From positions 3,219 to 67,218 of IMG/VR virus record IMGVR_UViG_3300037400_001757: a stretch of 64,000 nt of DNA; one strand, written 5' to 3'. The position numbers and the translations under genes are program-made. The notes under the pieces were generated by a model, which saw only the letters and a list, made by a program, of their open reading frames with translations, searched no databases and was not told where the DNA came from. Within the stretch, counting starts at the first letter, position 1. Each line of letters begins with the position of its first letter. The DNA comes from a virus (lineage: Duplodnaviria > Caudoviricetes). Shown here piece by piece: positions 19,697 through 30,393 of this stretch.

Positions 19697-21070
19697 TTAA
19701 TCAATGACAAAATCTGCCGCTGGATCTACTTCAGGTGGAACATTCATAGTAATACTATTTTCACCTTTAGTATTATCTACTTCTTGTAGTGTTTCTTTTA
19801 ATGCACCATTAGTTGGTATATTAATATTAGGAGCAACTACTACTTCATTAGGATCATACATCTTAACTTTTCTATATTGGTCATCAGCCATTACATTAAC
19901 TACAACAGCTCCTTCTTTAGCCATCTGGTCATCTATATTACAAGATTCTTGTTGGTCTAAATACTTATGTACTACATTAGTACAATGCTGTTTAATTAAT
20001 GAATCAAATATTCTTTTAAATTCAGGATCTGTTTTATATAGATTAGTTACATTTCTAGCCATGAACTTTTTAGGTACTACTTTTTCACCTTCCATTTTGG
20101 TATAGCCTTCCATGGAATAATAAGCACCACCTACAACTATATGTTTCTCTTCTTTTAATGTACTAAACATAGACCAGAAATTAGAGTAACCACCTAAATA
20201 AGAAAACGTAGTTTTACATTTAACTAAAGGAGGAAATGCCTTATTTTTAATACAGTACATTTCAACTTCTTTACCATCAAATCCACATACCTTTTCTTCG
20301 ATATTACCACAGTCTGACATATATATTAATTGGTCAGTACTATATTGTAATGATCTACCACCAGGTATAGTTTCAGATTGTTTCATACCTTTAATAGCTA
20401 CAGGTGTTGGAGTCATACTAATAGATACTTGATCTCTTAATTGGTTAATAGCTATTATTGTAATTCTATATGCTTTAAGTGCATATTTAATCTTAGGTAG
20501 ATACATACTTAATAATCTACCATTCCAACCAATAACTTCTTTAGGATCTTCAGCTTGAGCTTCTTTTACAGATTTAGTATTAGCTATACTATCCCATACT
20601 ATAACAGTAGGAACAGTTTGAGCATCCTTATTATTAGCTTTGAATTCAATAACAGAATCTATTACTTTAAAGACATCTTCTAATCTACAATCGTTAATAG
20701 GATTAATACTTGGGTTATTAACACCTAATTGTTCTAATCTAAATTTAGTCATAGTAGATTCAGTATCTATATATAATACTAAAGCTTGACCATTAGATAA
20801 TTGTTGAAAAGAACTTATTATCTTTGCAGCTAATGATGACTTACCACAACCAGCTCTTCCTACTAATTGTATAAAGCCACCTAATATAGCTCCTCCTCCT
20901 AATATAGTATCTAATGGAGCTATACCTGTTCTTATTAATTCAGGTTTATCTTGTAAGTCAAAGACTATATCTTTTTCTTGTTTTAGGAAATTGTTTAACC
21001 TTTCTTGTATAGATAATGCTATACTATCAGGTTGTGCAGTTAAAGGTTTTGCTGCTGATTTACCAGCCAT
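19697..21070 (-). CDS. recA: RecA/UvsX-like recombinase
   Basis: Walker A GRAGCGKS, Walker B IVWDSIA, INQLR, GGRSLQY; start moved to MAGKS (21070) because GAAAGGAG precedes it. Confidence 0.9.
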   Translation of the reverse strand: MAGKSAAKPLTAQPDSIALSIQERLNNFLKQEKDIVFDLQDKPELIRTGIAPLDTILGGGAILGGFIQLVGRAGCGKSSLAAKIISSFQQLSNGQALVLYIDTESTMTKFRLEQLGVNNPSINPINDCRLEDVFKVIDSVIEFKANNKDAQTVPTVIVWDSIANTKSVKEAQAEDPKEVIGWNGRLLSMYLPKIKYALKAYRITIIAINQLRDQVSISMTPTPVAIKGMKQSETIPGGRSLQYSTDQLIYMSDCGNIEEKVCGFDGKEVEMYCIKNKAFPPLVKCKTTFSYLGGYSNFWSMFSTLKEEKHIVVGGAYYSMEGYTKMEGEKVVPKKFMARNVTNLYKTDPEFKRIFDSLIKQHCTNVVHKYLDQQESCNIDDQMAKEGAVVVNVMADDQYRKVKMYDPNEVVVAPNINIPTNGALKETLQEVDNTKGENSITMNVPPEVDPAADFVID

Positions 21071-21220
21071 ATTATTAATTACTCCTTTCAAAGTTTTCAT
21101 CTTTTCACATATATAATTATTATTCTAGATATAGAAGTAACCTACCTAATAGAAATAATTAACAGCTATATTCTTAAAGATAAAAACTCATGGTTATACA
21201 ATTATATATACCTTAAATTT

Positions 21221-21850
21221 TTACAACGATGTTGGCATCAAACCAGGTGCTTGTTCAACTAACTCTTGTAATCGTTTCTTATTATCTTCTACTTTAATAG
21301 CTACTTCTTCTCTTTTCATTAAAGCTTCTTTAATAGCATCTTTAACTTGGTCACCTAAATTATTACTATCTGTTAATATAGCTCTTAACTTAAGTAACAT
21401 ATCATTAAGCTCTTTCTTGTATGATAATATAGTCGAGTAAAAGCCAGTGAATGTCTTTAATCTATTTTCTACTATAAAGGTACTTCTCCATGATTTTGGA
21501 TCGTCCATAGCCATAGTCATTCTTAACATTTCTCTCATATCTTCTAGGTCTTTTATATCTTGTTGTAACCCATTAATCTGACTAACGACTATACCCATAA
21601 CATCATTGGCACTACATGATTTTTCTAATATGGTTAATGGGACAATATATTTATCTTTACTATTATCATTGGCATTAACTATACCATTATTAACATTATC
21701 ATTTTGAGTAATATTATTATCATCATTATTATTAATTGGTATAACGGGATTTAAATCATTCTGTTGTGGTATAATATAATCACCATTTTGATTCTGCACC
21801 ATATTATCAAATATAATATCACCGAAATCTAAGTGTTCATTGTTATCCAT
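21221..21850 (-). CDS. Hypothetical protein, Asn/Asp-rich N-terminus and coiled-coil C-terminus
   Basis: ORF with GAAAGGAATC RBS. Confidence 0.75.
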   Translation of the reverse strand: MDNNEHLDFGDIIFDNMVQNQNGDYIIPQQNDLNPVIPINNNDDNNITQNDNVNNGIVNANDNSKDKYIVPLTILEKSCSANDVMGIVVSQINGLQQDIKDLEDMREMLRMTMAMDDPKSWRSTFIVENRLKTFTGFYSTILSYKKELNDMLLKLRAILTDSNNLGDQVKDAIKEALMKREEVAIKVEDNKKRLQELVEQAPGLMPTSL

Positions 21851-21860
21851 ATAATATAAA

Positions 21861-21888
21861 GATTCCTTTCATTCTAAATATGATTATA
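21861..21888 (-). promoter_or_regulatory. Putative -10/short-leader/RBS element shared with 4766..4793
   Basis: Near-identical 28-nt copy upstream of the 209-aa gene and recA. Confidence 0.55.
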
Positions 21889-22617
21889 ATGATATTTAAT
21901 ATCTAAACGAAAAGGTACTTTCTCTTCTTATAATAAAACTATGAAAATTACGGGGCAACTCATAAGTGATTTCAAGAATGAAGAAATTCTAACTAAAGTA
22001 ATATTGTTTTAAAGGTTTACTTTGATATTACTAGTTAGTTGTGAAGTCCCTATATAAAATTGCGCGGCCTGGTGTTTAATGTCTTTTCTTATATATTTAG
22101 ATATCATATAAGGTTGCTGGAAGAAATCTTAAGACATTAACGGGGACAATCTATAAATGAAATTCAGAATGAAGTTAAGATTACTTTAAACGAAGTCTTA
22201 AAAATAATTACTAATCATTCAAAAGAAGACATTGATAATAATTTTAAATTACTGGCAATATGCTGATAGAAATCAAAGGTCATAAAGATAGATGTTAATT
22301 ATTAAACTATGCCACAATCACTAATACTACGGAGTACCAAACGTAGTAGTATAGTGATTCGAGTTAATGAGAATTAACCAATATTTCTAATTAAAAGAAG
22401 ATATCAAGATAGAAATCAATAAGCATACTAAATAATATAATCATTTACTTATGTCATTTTATCATATACCAAAAAAATGATAAAATGATTAGATGTTCTG
22501 ATTTGAATCGTGTCGTATTTAAATCACGAACATCATTTCTAATTAATATCACCTGATAAGAAAGGTTTCATTAACTATAGATATAAATCAATATACTTTG
22601 AAAGGATAATTATAATA

Positions 22618-23184
22618 ATGTCTAATAGTGAAATAGTAATCAAAATGGATAGGGAACATTTAGATGATTTATATATGATTCTAAATAGTGATTTATCTAG
22701 ATTACTATTATGTGGAGAATTGCTTAAAGAAATCTATGAAACATTGAAAACTTTAACATCTGAAATAGGTTATAAGTTCGTTAATACCTTATTTGATAAA
22801 GATTGTAAAAATATGGGTAAATGTTATAGGTATTATACATCTAATGAGAATAAGATCTTTTCTTTAGTATTATATAATGATAATCATGAAAAGATGATAA
22901 TTAAATTTGATACTACTTGTGGTAAGATCTATAATAATGATAATAGTGCTTATACTAATATTAGATGTATAGATTGTCTAGAAAACATAGCTGATATCTA
23001 TTGTTATGATGTTAATTATGTCATTAATCGAGATGTAGTTATTAAAAGATTAGAATCTATAGTAGGTGGAGCTTGGTCTAAGATACAAAGATTAAATGAG
23101 ATTCAAGAAGTAGTTAGAAAACATCTAGAAACAATAGATACTATAGAAAGAATGATGAAAGGAAATAATAATGTTCAAAGTTAA
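22618..23184 (+). CDS. Hypothetical protein (188 aa)
   Basis: GAAAGGA RBS; first gene of the plus block. Confidence 0.75.
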   Translation: MSNSEIVIKMDREHLDDLYMILNSDLSRLLLCGELLKEIYETLKTLTSEIGYKFVNTLFDKDCKNMGKCYRYYTSNENKIFSLVLYNDNHEKMIIKFDTTCGKIYNNDNSAYTNIRCIDCLENIADIYCYDVNYVINRDVVIKRLESIVGGAWSKIQRLNEIQEVVRKHLETIDTIERMMKGNNNVQS

Positions 23185-24667
23185 ACATCTAATACCATTT
23201 TGTGAAAGAGTAGATTCTGAAGAGTATATTAAAACGTATTCATATAGGCAACGTAAATTAAAGAAATTCTGTTACGTAGATGATAAGTTTGAAAGAATGA
23301 ATGCTGAAGAAGAAGGTAAGTTTCATAATTCATTAAGAAGTTATACTGTCATAGGTAGATTAGATTATAATGAAACTATGACAAGATTCTTATTTAAATT
23401 AAGAGTAGAAGATGCTAAAAGAAAAGATGAAGTAGATACTATTATTGATGATACTTATCCTATATGTATAGATAAATCTCATAAGTTAGATAGTGATGAA
23501 AAACGATTGGTATTAATGTCATTATATAAGAAGTTAATGGCAATAGCTTTAAACGATATTAGATTATTTCAACCTGGTTCAATATATCTATATGGTGTAG
23601 ATGGATTCTGTTTTCAAAAGACTCCTCTTAAAAGAACACCTATGACTAAAAAGGCTATGAATTTAAATACTAAATTTAGAAGACGTTATCATAGTAAGAT
23701 AGATATTGAATCTTATTATGATAGTATTATAGATACATTGTTTGAAAAGATATTTAGCTTTAATAATGAAGAGAATCCTATATATCAATTAAATAATAGA
23801 ATGATATTTCATAATGAAGAAACCTGTGAATTATGTTCTAAGATGCCTGAAATTATTGAAAGAAGATTTAGTAGTACTGGTACTTTAAGGCATAGATTAG
23901 TAGAACAATCATTTGATCCTAGACATGATAATAGATCTAGAATTATAAGTGGTAATGATTTAATACCTATATACTATTATCCTGATGCTAGACTATGTAG
24001 ATTTAAACATATTAATCGTGATAGGAAAATGGATCTATATATTGATTTAATAGTTAACTTTATCAATAATGATTTTAATGTAGATAAGACATTAAGTGAA
24101 TACGAATATAAGCGTAGAAGAATTAATCATATGAAAAGTAAGGATTATAATCCTGATGACGAAGAATATGTTAGATTCGTAGATAATGAAGATGGAAGTA
24201 TATCTGAACCTTATAGAAATTATCCTTGTCGTGAAGGAATGAGTCATACCATTAGTTATCTATATGACCATCGTATAGAATTAACAGTACCAGATTTTAA
24301 GAAAATACTTTTTGATTCTATGGTTCCTGCTGTAATAGTATATACTGATAGTACTAAAACTAAAATAGATAAAGAATGGTTAATGAGCCAAAATGCTAAA
24401 GCATTCTTTAACACAGATCGTTTAGATGAATATAAAAGTAATCTAATTAATGATGAGGCAGAAAGTTGGGGAGATTCTAATGCGTTATTTGCACCTTCTC
24501 AACAAGTATCATTAACAGAGTATAAAGAAAAACTTATATATGAGTATAATAGTATTCTTAAAGAAAACTTATTTTTAGATAATGAAACTATATTTCAAAT
24601 GATAGATTTGAGATTACCTCAACCAATTATAAGACATTATGGTGATTTAAGATTAGACCATCGCTAA
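23171..24667 (+). CDS. Hypothetical protein (498 aa)
   Basis: Long ORF, overlapping start with GAAAGGA RBS; no motif recognised. Confidence 0.8.
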   Translation: MFKVKHLIPFCERVDSEEYIKTYSYRQRKLKKFCYVDDKFERMNAEEEGKFHNSLRSYTVIGRLDYNETMTRFLFKLRVEDAKRKDEVDTIIDDTYPICIDKSHKLDSDEKRLVLMSLYKKLMAIALNDIRLFQPGSIYLYGVDGFCFQKTPLKRTPMTKKAMNLNTKFRRRYHSKIDIESYYDSIIDTLFEKIFSFNNEENPIYQLNNRMIFHNEETCELCSKMPEIIERRFSSTGTLRHRLVEQSFDPRHDNRSRIISGNDLIPIYYYPDARLCRFKHINRDRKMDLYIDLIVNFINNDFNVDKTLSEYEYKRRRINHMKSKDYNPDDEEYVRFVDNEDGSISEPYRNYPCREGMSHTISYLYDHRIELTVPDFKKILFDSMVPAVIVYTDSTKTKIDKEWLMSQNAKAFFNTDRLDEYKSNLINDEAESWGDSNALFAPSQQVSLTEYKEKLIYEYNSILKENLFLDNETIFQMIDLRLPQPIIRHYGDLRLDHR

Positions 24668-24705
24668 ATATAATGGTTGAGGAAATTTATCAAAAGGTAG
24701 AATTC

Positions 24706-25242
24706 TTAAAAGAAACTTTTAATCATACCTAAAATAGCTTTCCAATTTATATTGGCATCACTATTAAATAAGATATAGGCATAACCTAATATGAAACTAA
24801 TATTAAACCAAAGCATTTTCTTTTCATAAGTTTTAATACTAGTTCTTAAATCAGTTTCTAATCTATTGAATTGTTCTTTTCTAATGAAGTTATTTTGATC
24901 CTTTTTAATATTAGATAGAGATTCTTCATTCTTAAGGATTAATCTTTTGAGAGGTTCAATAGCATTATTAGTCAAGTCATCTTTCATATTTTTGACTTCA
25001 TCTCTAATTCTACTATTTTCTTCCTTATTATAAGTCATTAACTCATCAATCTTTTTAGAAAGAGAATCTAATTTAATATTACTATTATTCTCATTCATTT
25101 TAATTAATTCAATAATCATATTAAAATCAGTATTAGTATTCATAATATTATTATTATTATCATTAAGAGTTTCAGCTATAAGTATTTCTTCACTATTATT
25201 AGGGTCTACTACTTTTCTTTTTCTAGTAACACTTTTAGTCAT
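24706..25242 (-). CDS. Coiled-coil protein with C-terminal TM helix (possible holin/XhlA-like or membrane anchor)
   Basis: Long heptad region followed by MLWFNISFILGYAYILF. Confidence 0.45.
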   Translation of the reverse strand: MTKSVTRKRKVVDPNNSEEILIAETLNDNNNNIMNTNTDFNMIIELIKMNENNSNIKLDSLSKKIDELMTYNKEENSRIRDEVKNMKDDLTNNAIEPLKRLILKNEESLSNIKKDQNNFIRKEQFNRLETDLRTSIKTYEKKMLWFNISFILGYAYILFNSDANINWKAILGMIKSFF

Positions 25243-25425
25243 GATTATATTTTAACAATGAACCTCCTAGATTCTCCTTTCTTTAAAGATTATATAATAC
25301 AGTTTCTTTCAAGAAATTTGTTCTATAGGTTAAATAGTTACTGTTAAGACATAATAATATCAAATTATAATAAAACTCAAGTTAATACTATTTAACTAAA
25401 ATTTTCATTTAGGAGTAAATTAGTC

Positions 25426-26577
25426 ATGGCTAACGAAATGAAGTTTTACATGCCAGTCAAAATGAATGGCAATCAGATTGTTAATTTTAGAGTAGACCCA
25501 GTTGCTTCAGATTATGATGAAGCTAGTTTAAGCGAAGCTAAGTTTTGGTATAACACATCTAGTCATAAACTTAAATTCTATGATGGTTCTGTAGTAAGAG
25601 TAGTAGCTACAGGTGATGCTCTTGAAACAGCCGTAACAATGGCAACTGCAGCTACAGCAGCCAACGCTTTATTGGTATCTGCTGGTGCTGACAGAAGTGC
25701 TCAACAGTACGTACCTGGTTCTGGTAATGGTGGTATGCTTACTATATCTGATGCTGGTATAGTAGGTACTAAATCTATATTAGATTCTACTGGTACTATT
25801 TCTTCTAGTTCTACTGATAATCAAATCCCAACAGCTCTTGCAGTTAATAATGCTATTTCTGCAGCTATTACTGCTATGGGTGAATTCGCTGGTGACTTCG
25901 ATGCTTCAAGTGGTTCTTTACCAAGCGTAGGTACTGGTGAATCTGGTGCTATTCGTAAAGGTGACTATTGGAGAGTTTCAGTAGCTGGTGATATTAGTGG
26001 TTTACAACCATCTGCTCATCTTGAAGTTGGTGATGTAATTGTAGCTAAAGCTAATGCTGCTTCTGCTGCTGCTGACTTCTTCGTATTACAAGGTAATATT
26101 ACTGATGCTATTACTGGTAGTTCTGCTTCTTCAGCAGATACTGCTGTAGCTATTTTCGATGGTACTAATGCTAGAGTTATTAAAGCTTCTGGTGTTACTA
26201 TTGATGCTAGCGGTAATGTAAATATACCAAGTGGTGCAGTATATAAGATTAATGGTGTTGCTCATACTCATGCTTTAACAGAATTAAGTGACAATACTAA
26301 TGGTATTACATTTGCTAATATCGAAGCTAAGACTGATAAATATCAAGCTGCTTTTGTTGCTAATGATTGGCAAGGAGAAGCAGCTCCTTATTCTTTCACT
26401 GTTGCTGCTGCTACTCATGGCCTTAAAGGTGTTGCTGATGTAATGGTATTGGATAATGATAACGATGTTGCTGGTGTAGCTATCAATGTAAGTTCTGCTG
26501 ATGCCGTTGTTATTAACTCAATGGAAAAATTCGCTGGTTCAATTTCTATTATAGGTACTATTGATTATAGTGCTTAA
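25426..26577 (+). CDS. Ala/Gly/Ser-rich virion fibre or decoration protein
   Basis: NGNQIVNFRVD...FWYNTSSHKLKFYDG, KGDYWRVSVAG...VGDVIVA motifs of fibre-type proteins; strongly biased codon usage. Confidence 0.6.
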   Translation: MANEMKFYMPVKMNGNQIVNFRVDPVASDYDEASLSEAKFWYNTSSHKLKFYDGSVVRVVATGDALETAVTMATAATAANALLVSAGADRSAQQYVPGSGNGGMLTISDAGIVGTKSILDSTGTISSSSTDNQIPTALAVNNAISAAITAMGEFAGDFDASSGSLPSVGTGESGAIRKGDYWRVSVAGDISGLQPSAHLEVGDVIVAKANAASAAADFFVLQGNITDAITGSSASSADTAVAIFDGTNARVIKASGVTIDASGNVNIPSGAVYKINGVAHTHALTELSDNTNGITFANIEAKTDKYQAAFVANDWQGEAAPYSFTVAAATHGLKGVADVMVLDNDNDVAGVAINVSSADAVVINSMEKFAGSISIIGTIDYSA

Positions 26578-26619
26578 TTATAGATAACTAGAGGTTTTAA
26601 TTTCTCCTGTAATTAAATT

Positions 26620-26658
26620 TGGCCTATACTGGTTATTAAACTGGTATAGGCCATTTTT
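26620..26658 (+). terminator. Intrinsic terminator
   Basis: GGCCTATACTGG-TTATTAAA-CTGGTATAGGCC then ATTTTT. Confidence 0.75.
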
Positions 26659-26802
26659 CACGTGACTCCTTGATACCCATAAAATAAATCATTGCCTCTA
26701 GTTATATAGAGGCCCGATGGCTATAGGCTAGCCGGCATTGATTTCTAATCCTAATCAATGTGTACACAAATTCAATGAAAAGGCAAGGGTTAATATAATA
26801 TT

Positions 26803-28407
26803 ATGAGTTTATCAAGAAGTAGAAATAAGTTTCTCCAATATGCCAAACCTAATACTGCTCCTAGACAAGGTACTGCAGAATTATTTTTCGATATTAATAA
26901 TAATGGTTATCCAACAGTATATTATCCTGATGGAACTACTCAACCATTAGTAGCTGATATAACAATAGATGGTGAAACATTAGTTATTGGTACTAAGATT
27001 AATGAAACATTAAATAGATTTTGTAGTGACACTAAGATATCTAATGGTTTTATACCAGGTACTTATGAAACCAGTACTTTGGCTGTTGGAAATAATACTC
27101 TTATTATTAATGGTAATAGAACATGGTACTGTAATGGTTGTAAATATACTAAGTCAACATCTGATACAGTAAATATTACACCAGGTGTACTAAATTATAT
27201 CTATTATGATGAAGATGTATTAAGTAGTACTACTAATATTGATGAGGTAAATGGTCCTTTAGTAGCAACAGATTTACCTGGTTATTTTATAGGTGATGAA
27301 AGACATACTACAAGTTATGATTTCTACAAAGATAAAGCTGATAATAAGAATATTAAAGGTAGATATGTCAATGGGTTTGATATAACTGTATCAGGTAATA
27401 CTTTAAGTGGTAATATAGCTATAGCTTCTGGATCTATTTTATGTAATGATTTTATACATTCATTAACACCAGACAGGTTTAGATGCATAGGTATTGATAA
27501 TATTGGAAGTGCCATAAATAGTGTTGGTAATAGTATAGCTTTCTTAGATTATTCTACCACTTATGTATGTTATTTTAATAATGGTGCATGGACGCCATTA
27601 AGCGGTGCGAATTTAACCTCTTATACTATAATGGCAAGTAATGAAACTGGCAATACGTTACTGTCTATAAATGATAATATATCAGCAAGTTCTTTAATAG
27701 ATGTTATCAATAATCCTAAAGTTATAATACCTAGTTTCTTAAGATATGCTACTCCATTATATAGGATAGTTTTAGATAAAGATGGTAACATAGCTGCTGT
27801 AATAGATCTTAGATATATATCTAAACCAGATAATTGTAAATCTATAGCTAGTGAAATATCAAATAAGATTAATTGCCAATATACTAGGAATGATACAGCT
27901 AGTAGATATGACATTATTAACTATATGGGAGCTACTGGTAATAATACTACTACGGTAGCTATTACTGCAGATGGTAGTGCTAGTAGTGGTCTTTTTGTAA
28001 GTGGTGAAGTAGATGCTTTAGCGCCTATGGCTAGCATTACTAATAATGGTGCTGGCACTTCATTAGAAGTATCTAACACTGATGGTGGTTTAGCATTTAA
28101 AGCTGATGGAAGAACTGCTTTAGGTATTGAAACTATTAGTGCTGGTGCCACAATAGTTCCTGTTGGTAATAAGCCTATTATAAAAGTGACGAGTGATAGT
28201 TCTTCTCAAGATAATCTAATAACCATGCCTACTGGTGTAGCTGGTCAGATATTAACTATTATTAATTTAGATGAAGATCCTATTACAAGTAACGGTAGTG
28301 TATATGTACCAAGTGGTGAAGCTCAACAATATATCTATGTAGATTCTACTGTTGGTTGGATGCCATTAGGTTATGGTCAAGTTGTTTCTACTGTAGTACA
28401 ATCATAA
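26803..28407 (+). CDS. Putative tail fibre / virion appendage protein (534 aa)
   Basis: Thr/Ser/Gly/Asn-rich beta-type sequence; fibre-like C-terminus (MPTGVAGQILTIIN...YIYVDSTVGW). Confidence 0.45.
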   Translation: MSLSRSRNKFLQYAKPNTAPRQGTAELFFDINNNGYPTVYYPDGTTQPLVADITIDGETLVIGTKINETLNRFCSDTKISNGFIPGTYETSTLAVGNNTLIINGNRTWYCNGCKYTKSTSDTVNITPGVLNYIYYDEDVLSSTTNIDEVNGPLVATDLPGYFIGDERHTTSYDFYKDKADNKNIKGRYVNGFDITVSGNTLSGNIAIASGSILCNDFIHSLTPDRFRCIGIDNIGSAINSVGNSIAFLDYSTTYVCYFNNGAWTPLSGANLTSYTIMASNETGNTLLSINDNISASSLIDVINNPKVIIPSFLRYATPLYRIVLDKDGNIAAVIDLRYISKPDNCKSIASEISNKINCQYTRNDTASRYDIINYMGATGNNTTTVAITADGSASSGLFVSGEVDALAPMASITNNGAGTSLEVSNTDGGLAFKADGRTALGIETISAGATIVPVGNKPIIKVTSDSSSQDNLITMPTGVAGQILTIINLDEDPITSNGSVYVPSGEAQQYIYVDSTVGWMPLGYGQVVSTVVQS

Positions 28408-28430
28408 AGAAGGAGATATAACAATTTAAA

Positions 28431-28976
28431 ATGGAACAGTATGCTAAAACATTAGTTAGTTCATTAACTGGTATAATGGACAAGTCTAAAATAGATAAGA
28501 TATTTACTAAAAAGTTACAAAGATTTTTAACCAATTATTTTCAAATGATGAATGTAATTGGCATTAAAGATTATAGTACTTTGAATCAAAAAGTTAATAG
28601 TGAAAATTTAATTAGATTAGCTTATAAGACTTCATTAAAACAAGCTGATAGTAAAAGATTTGCTTGTGGTTGTAAAACTGAGAAATGTATGAGAACTAAA
28701 ATGGCTTGTAATATTATAGATAATATTATGATGTTAGTTCCATTATCTATGGTTTGTAAGAAAGAATCTAATAGAAATAGAATTAGTGAAGTTCTTAACT
28801 ATGCTAATAATAATGGTACTTATAGATATCTATTAAATGTAGCTGAATCTATGTATGGTAAAGCTAGTGGCGTCACTAATGTCCCTATAGTAGATCCTAT
28901 TATAAGATATCAAAAGTTAGAGAAATATATACAAGTTTATAATACTTTAAAGTTACAACTATCAAAGTATTATTAA
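28431..28976 (+). CDS. Hypothetical protein (181 aa)
   Basis: AAGGAG RBS. Confidence 0.7.
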   Translation: MEQYAKTLVSSLTGIMDKSKIDKIFTKKLQRFLTNYFQMMNVIGIKDYSTLNQKVNSENLIRLAYKTSLKQADSKRFACGCKTEKCMRTKMACNIIDNIMMLVPLSMVCKKESNRNRISEVLNYANNNGTYRYLLNVAESMYGKASGVTNVPIVDPIIRYQKLEKYIQVYNTLKLQLSKYY

Positions 28977-29163
28977 ATAAAAGAAGATGATGGACATTTC
29001 GTAAATCTCCTTGATTAACATTAGTTCTGGTTTCTTTGGCGTTAACTTCCTTGGTAGTATTCTGCTAGGCCTTTTGAGGAAATAGGGTCTAGCAGATCCA
29101 CCACGCTGATGTTTAAAGAAAATATAACTATTAATTATAAGTATAGGAGATTATAACATTATC

Positions 29164-30387
29164 ATGAGTTTACCTTTAAATACCACTTTAGAAAAATATC
29201 AAGATACTATTTACTTAGGATTATTTAAAGTATTAAACTCTTGCACTGGTTCATTAAATAACCCTTGTTATAATCCTCCTGTTTCTACTTATTTAAAAAG
29301 AACATTTGAAACCATATGGAAAGATATAGCTAATGAAAATGGTTTTGATTTTAGTAAAGATATTAAAACTAAATATATCAATAAATCTTTAGATGCTAGA
29401 TTATTAAATGATAATATAGTCTGGTTTTTAATATTATGTAGTATCTATTTTAATAGTAAGACTACTAAAGATAATATGTCTAAAGATATTGTATTTGCTA
29501 GTTCTTATTTAATCTATTTAAAATATTATACTAGTTTATCTAATAAGCATTTTCCTAAAGCTTGTGATAAAACTAAAGCTGAATTGGCATTGTCTATGTT
29601 AAGTGATAAATCATTGTTTAGCAGTAGAAATGTTAGAGTACTACAACATAGTAAGACTATTATTAATGAATATGGTTTAAATAGTAGAATTAAGAATGGT
29701 ATTAAATCTTCTACTATTGCTTTAGGTATGGTATATCTTTTTGATGTGATTAAAGATACATATTATAATAGAGTTAAAAATTTAGATGATGTTAAAAATA
29801 TGGCTAAAGTTATTATGGCTATGAGGGATAGATTATCTCAATCTTTTAAAGCATATGCTAATCAATATTATAAGATAGTTGAAAATAATATTACTAGTGA
29901 TGTAGAAGAAGAATCTGCTATATTAAATGATGTTAATAGAATTATGTCTTTATCTAGTCAATCTATGTTATATATACCAGAAGATCATTTTAAAATTGTA
30001 AGTAAATTAACTGAAGTGCCTACTCAATATGTAATTACTATGTTTGATAGTGCTTTTAAAGATATCAATAATACTAAAAATATTACTCCTGATATTATTA
30101 ATATTATCTTAACTGAAAAGAAATCTAATTTAGATAATGAAAATGATATTAATAATTGGTTAAAAGAAGTTAGCAATGTTATTGCTATAAGACATAGATA
30201 TAATATTAGAGATCTTATACTTGATATTATTAGAAGCAATGATGAAATTAATAATGTATTTGAAAGCAAGTCCTTGAGCTTTAAACATAAGATGATTCAA
30301 GCCCAAGGACTAGTAATAGGCCTAGCAATATTTGATGCTTTAAAGCAATATTTACTAGGCTCTATTAAGAGAGTGTATGTAGTTTAA
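29164..30387 (+). CDS. Hypothetical protein (407 aa), helical
   Basis: TAGGAG RBS; long ORF; no confident family. Confidence 0.8.
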   Translation: MSLPLNTTLEKYQDTIYLGLFKVLNSCTGSLNNPCYNPPVSTYLKRTFETIWKDIANENGFDFSKDIKTKYINKSLDARLLNDNIVWFLILCSIYFNSKTTKDNMSKDIVFASSYLIYLKYYTSLSNKHFPKACDKTKAELALSMLSDKSLFSSRNVRVLQHSKTIINEYGLNSRIKNGIKSSTIALGMVYLFDVIKDTYYNRVKNLDDVKNMAKVIMAMRDRLSQSFKAYANQYYKIVENNITSDVEEESAILNDVNRIMSLSSQSMLYIPEDHFKIVSKLTEVPTQYVITMFDSAFKDINNTKNITPDIINIILTEKKSNLDNENDINNWLKEVSNVIAIRHRYNIRDLILDIIRSNDEINNVFESKSLSFKHKMIQAQGLVIGLAIFDALKQYLLGSIKRVYVV

Positions 30388-30393
30388 GAGATA

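Noticed and set aside
22150-22290. Codon-like open stretch (NEIQNEVKITLNEVLK...) in the divergent gap
   Set aside because: No start codon or RBS in frame and it is short; at most a gene remnant
29098-29114. 15-nt match AAACATCAGCGTGGT between 29100-29114 (minus) and 48516-48530 (plus)
   Set aside because: A few 15-mer matches are expected by chance in a 64-kb self-comparison, and the flanks share no similarity
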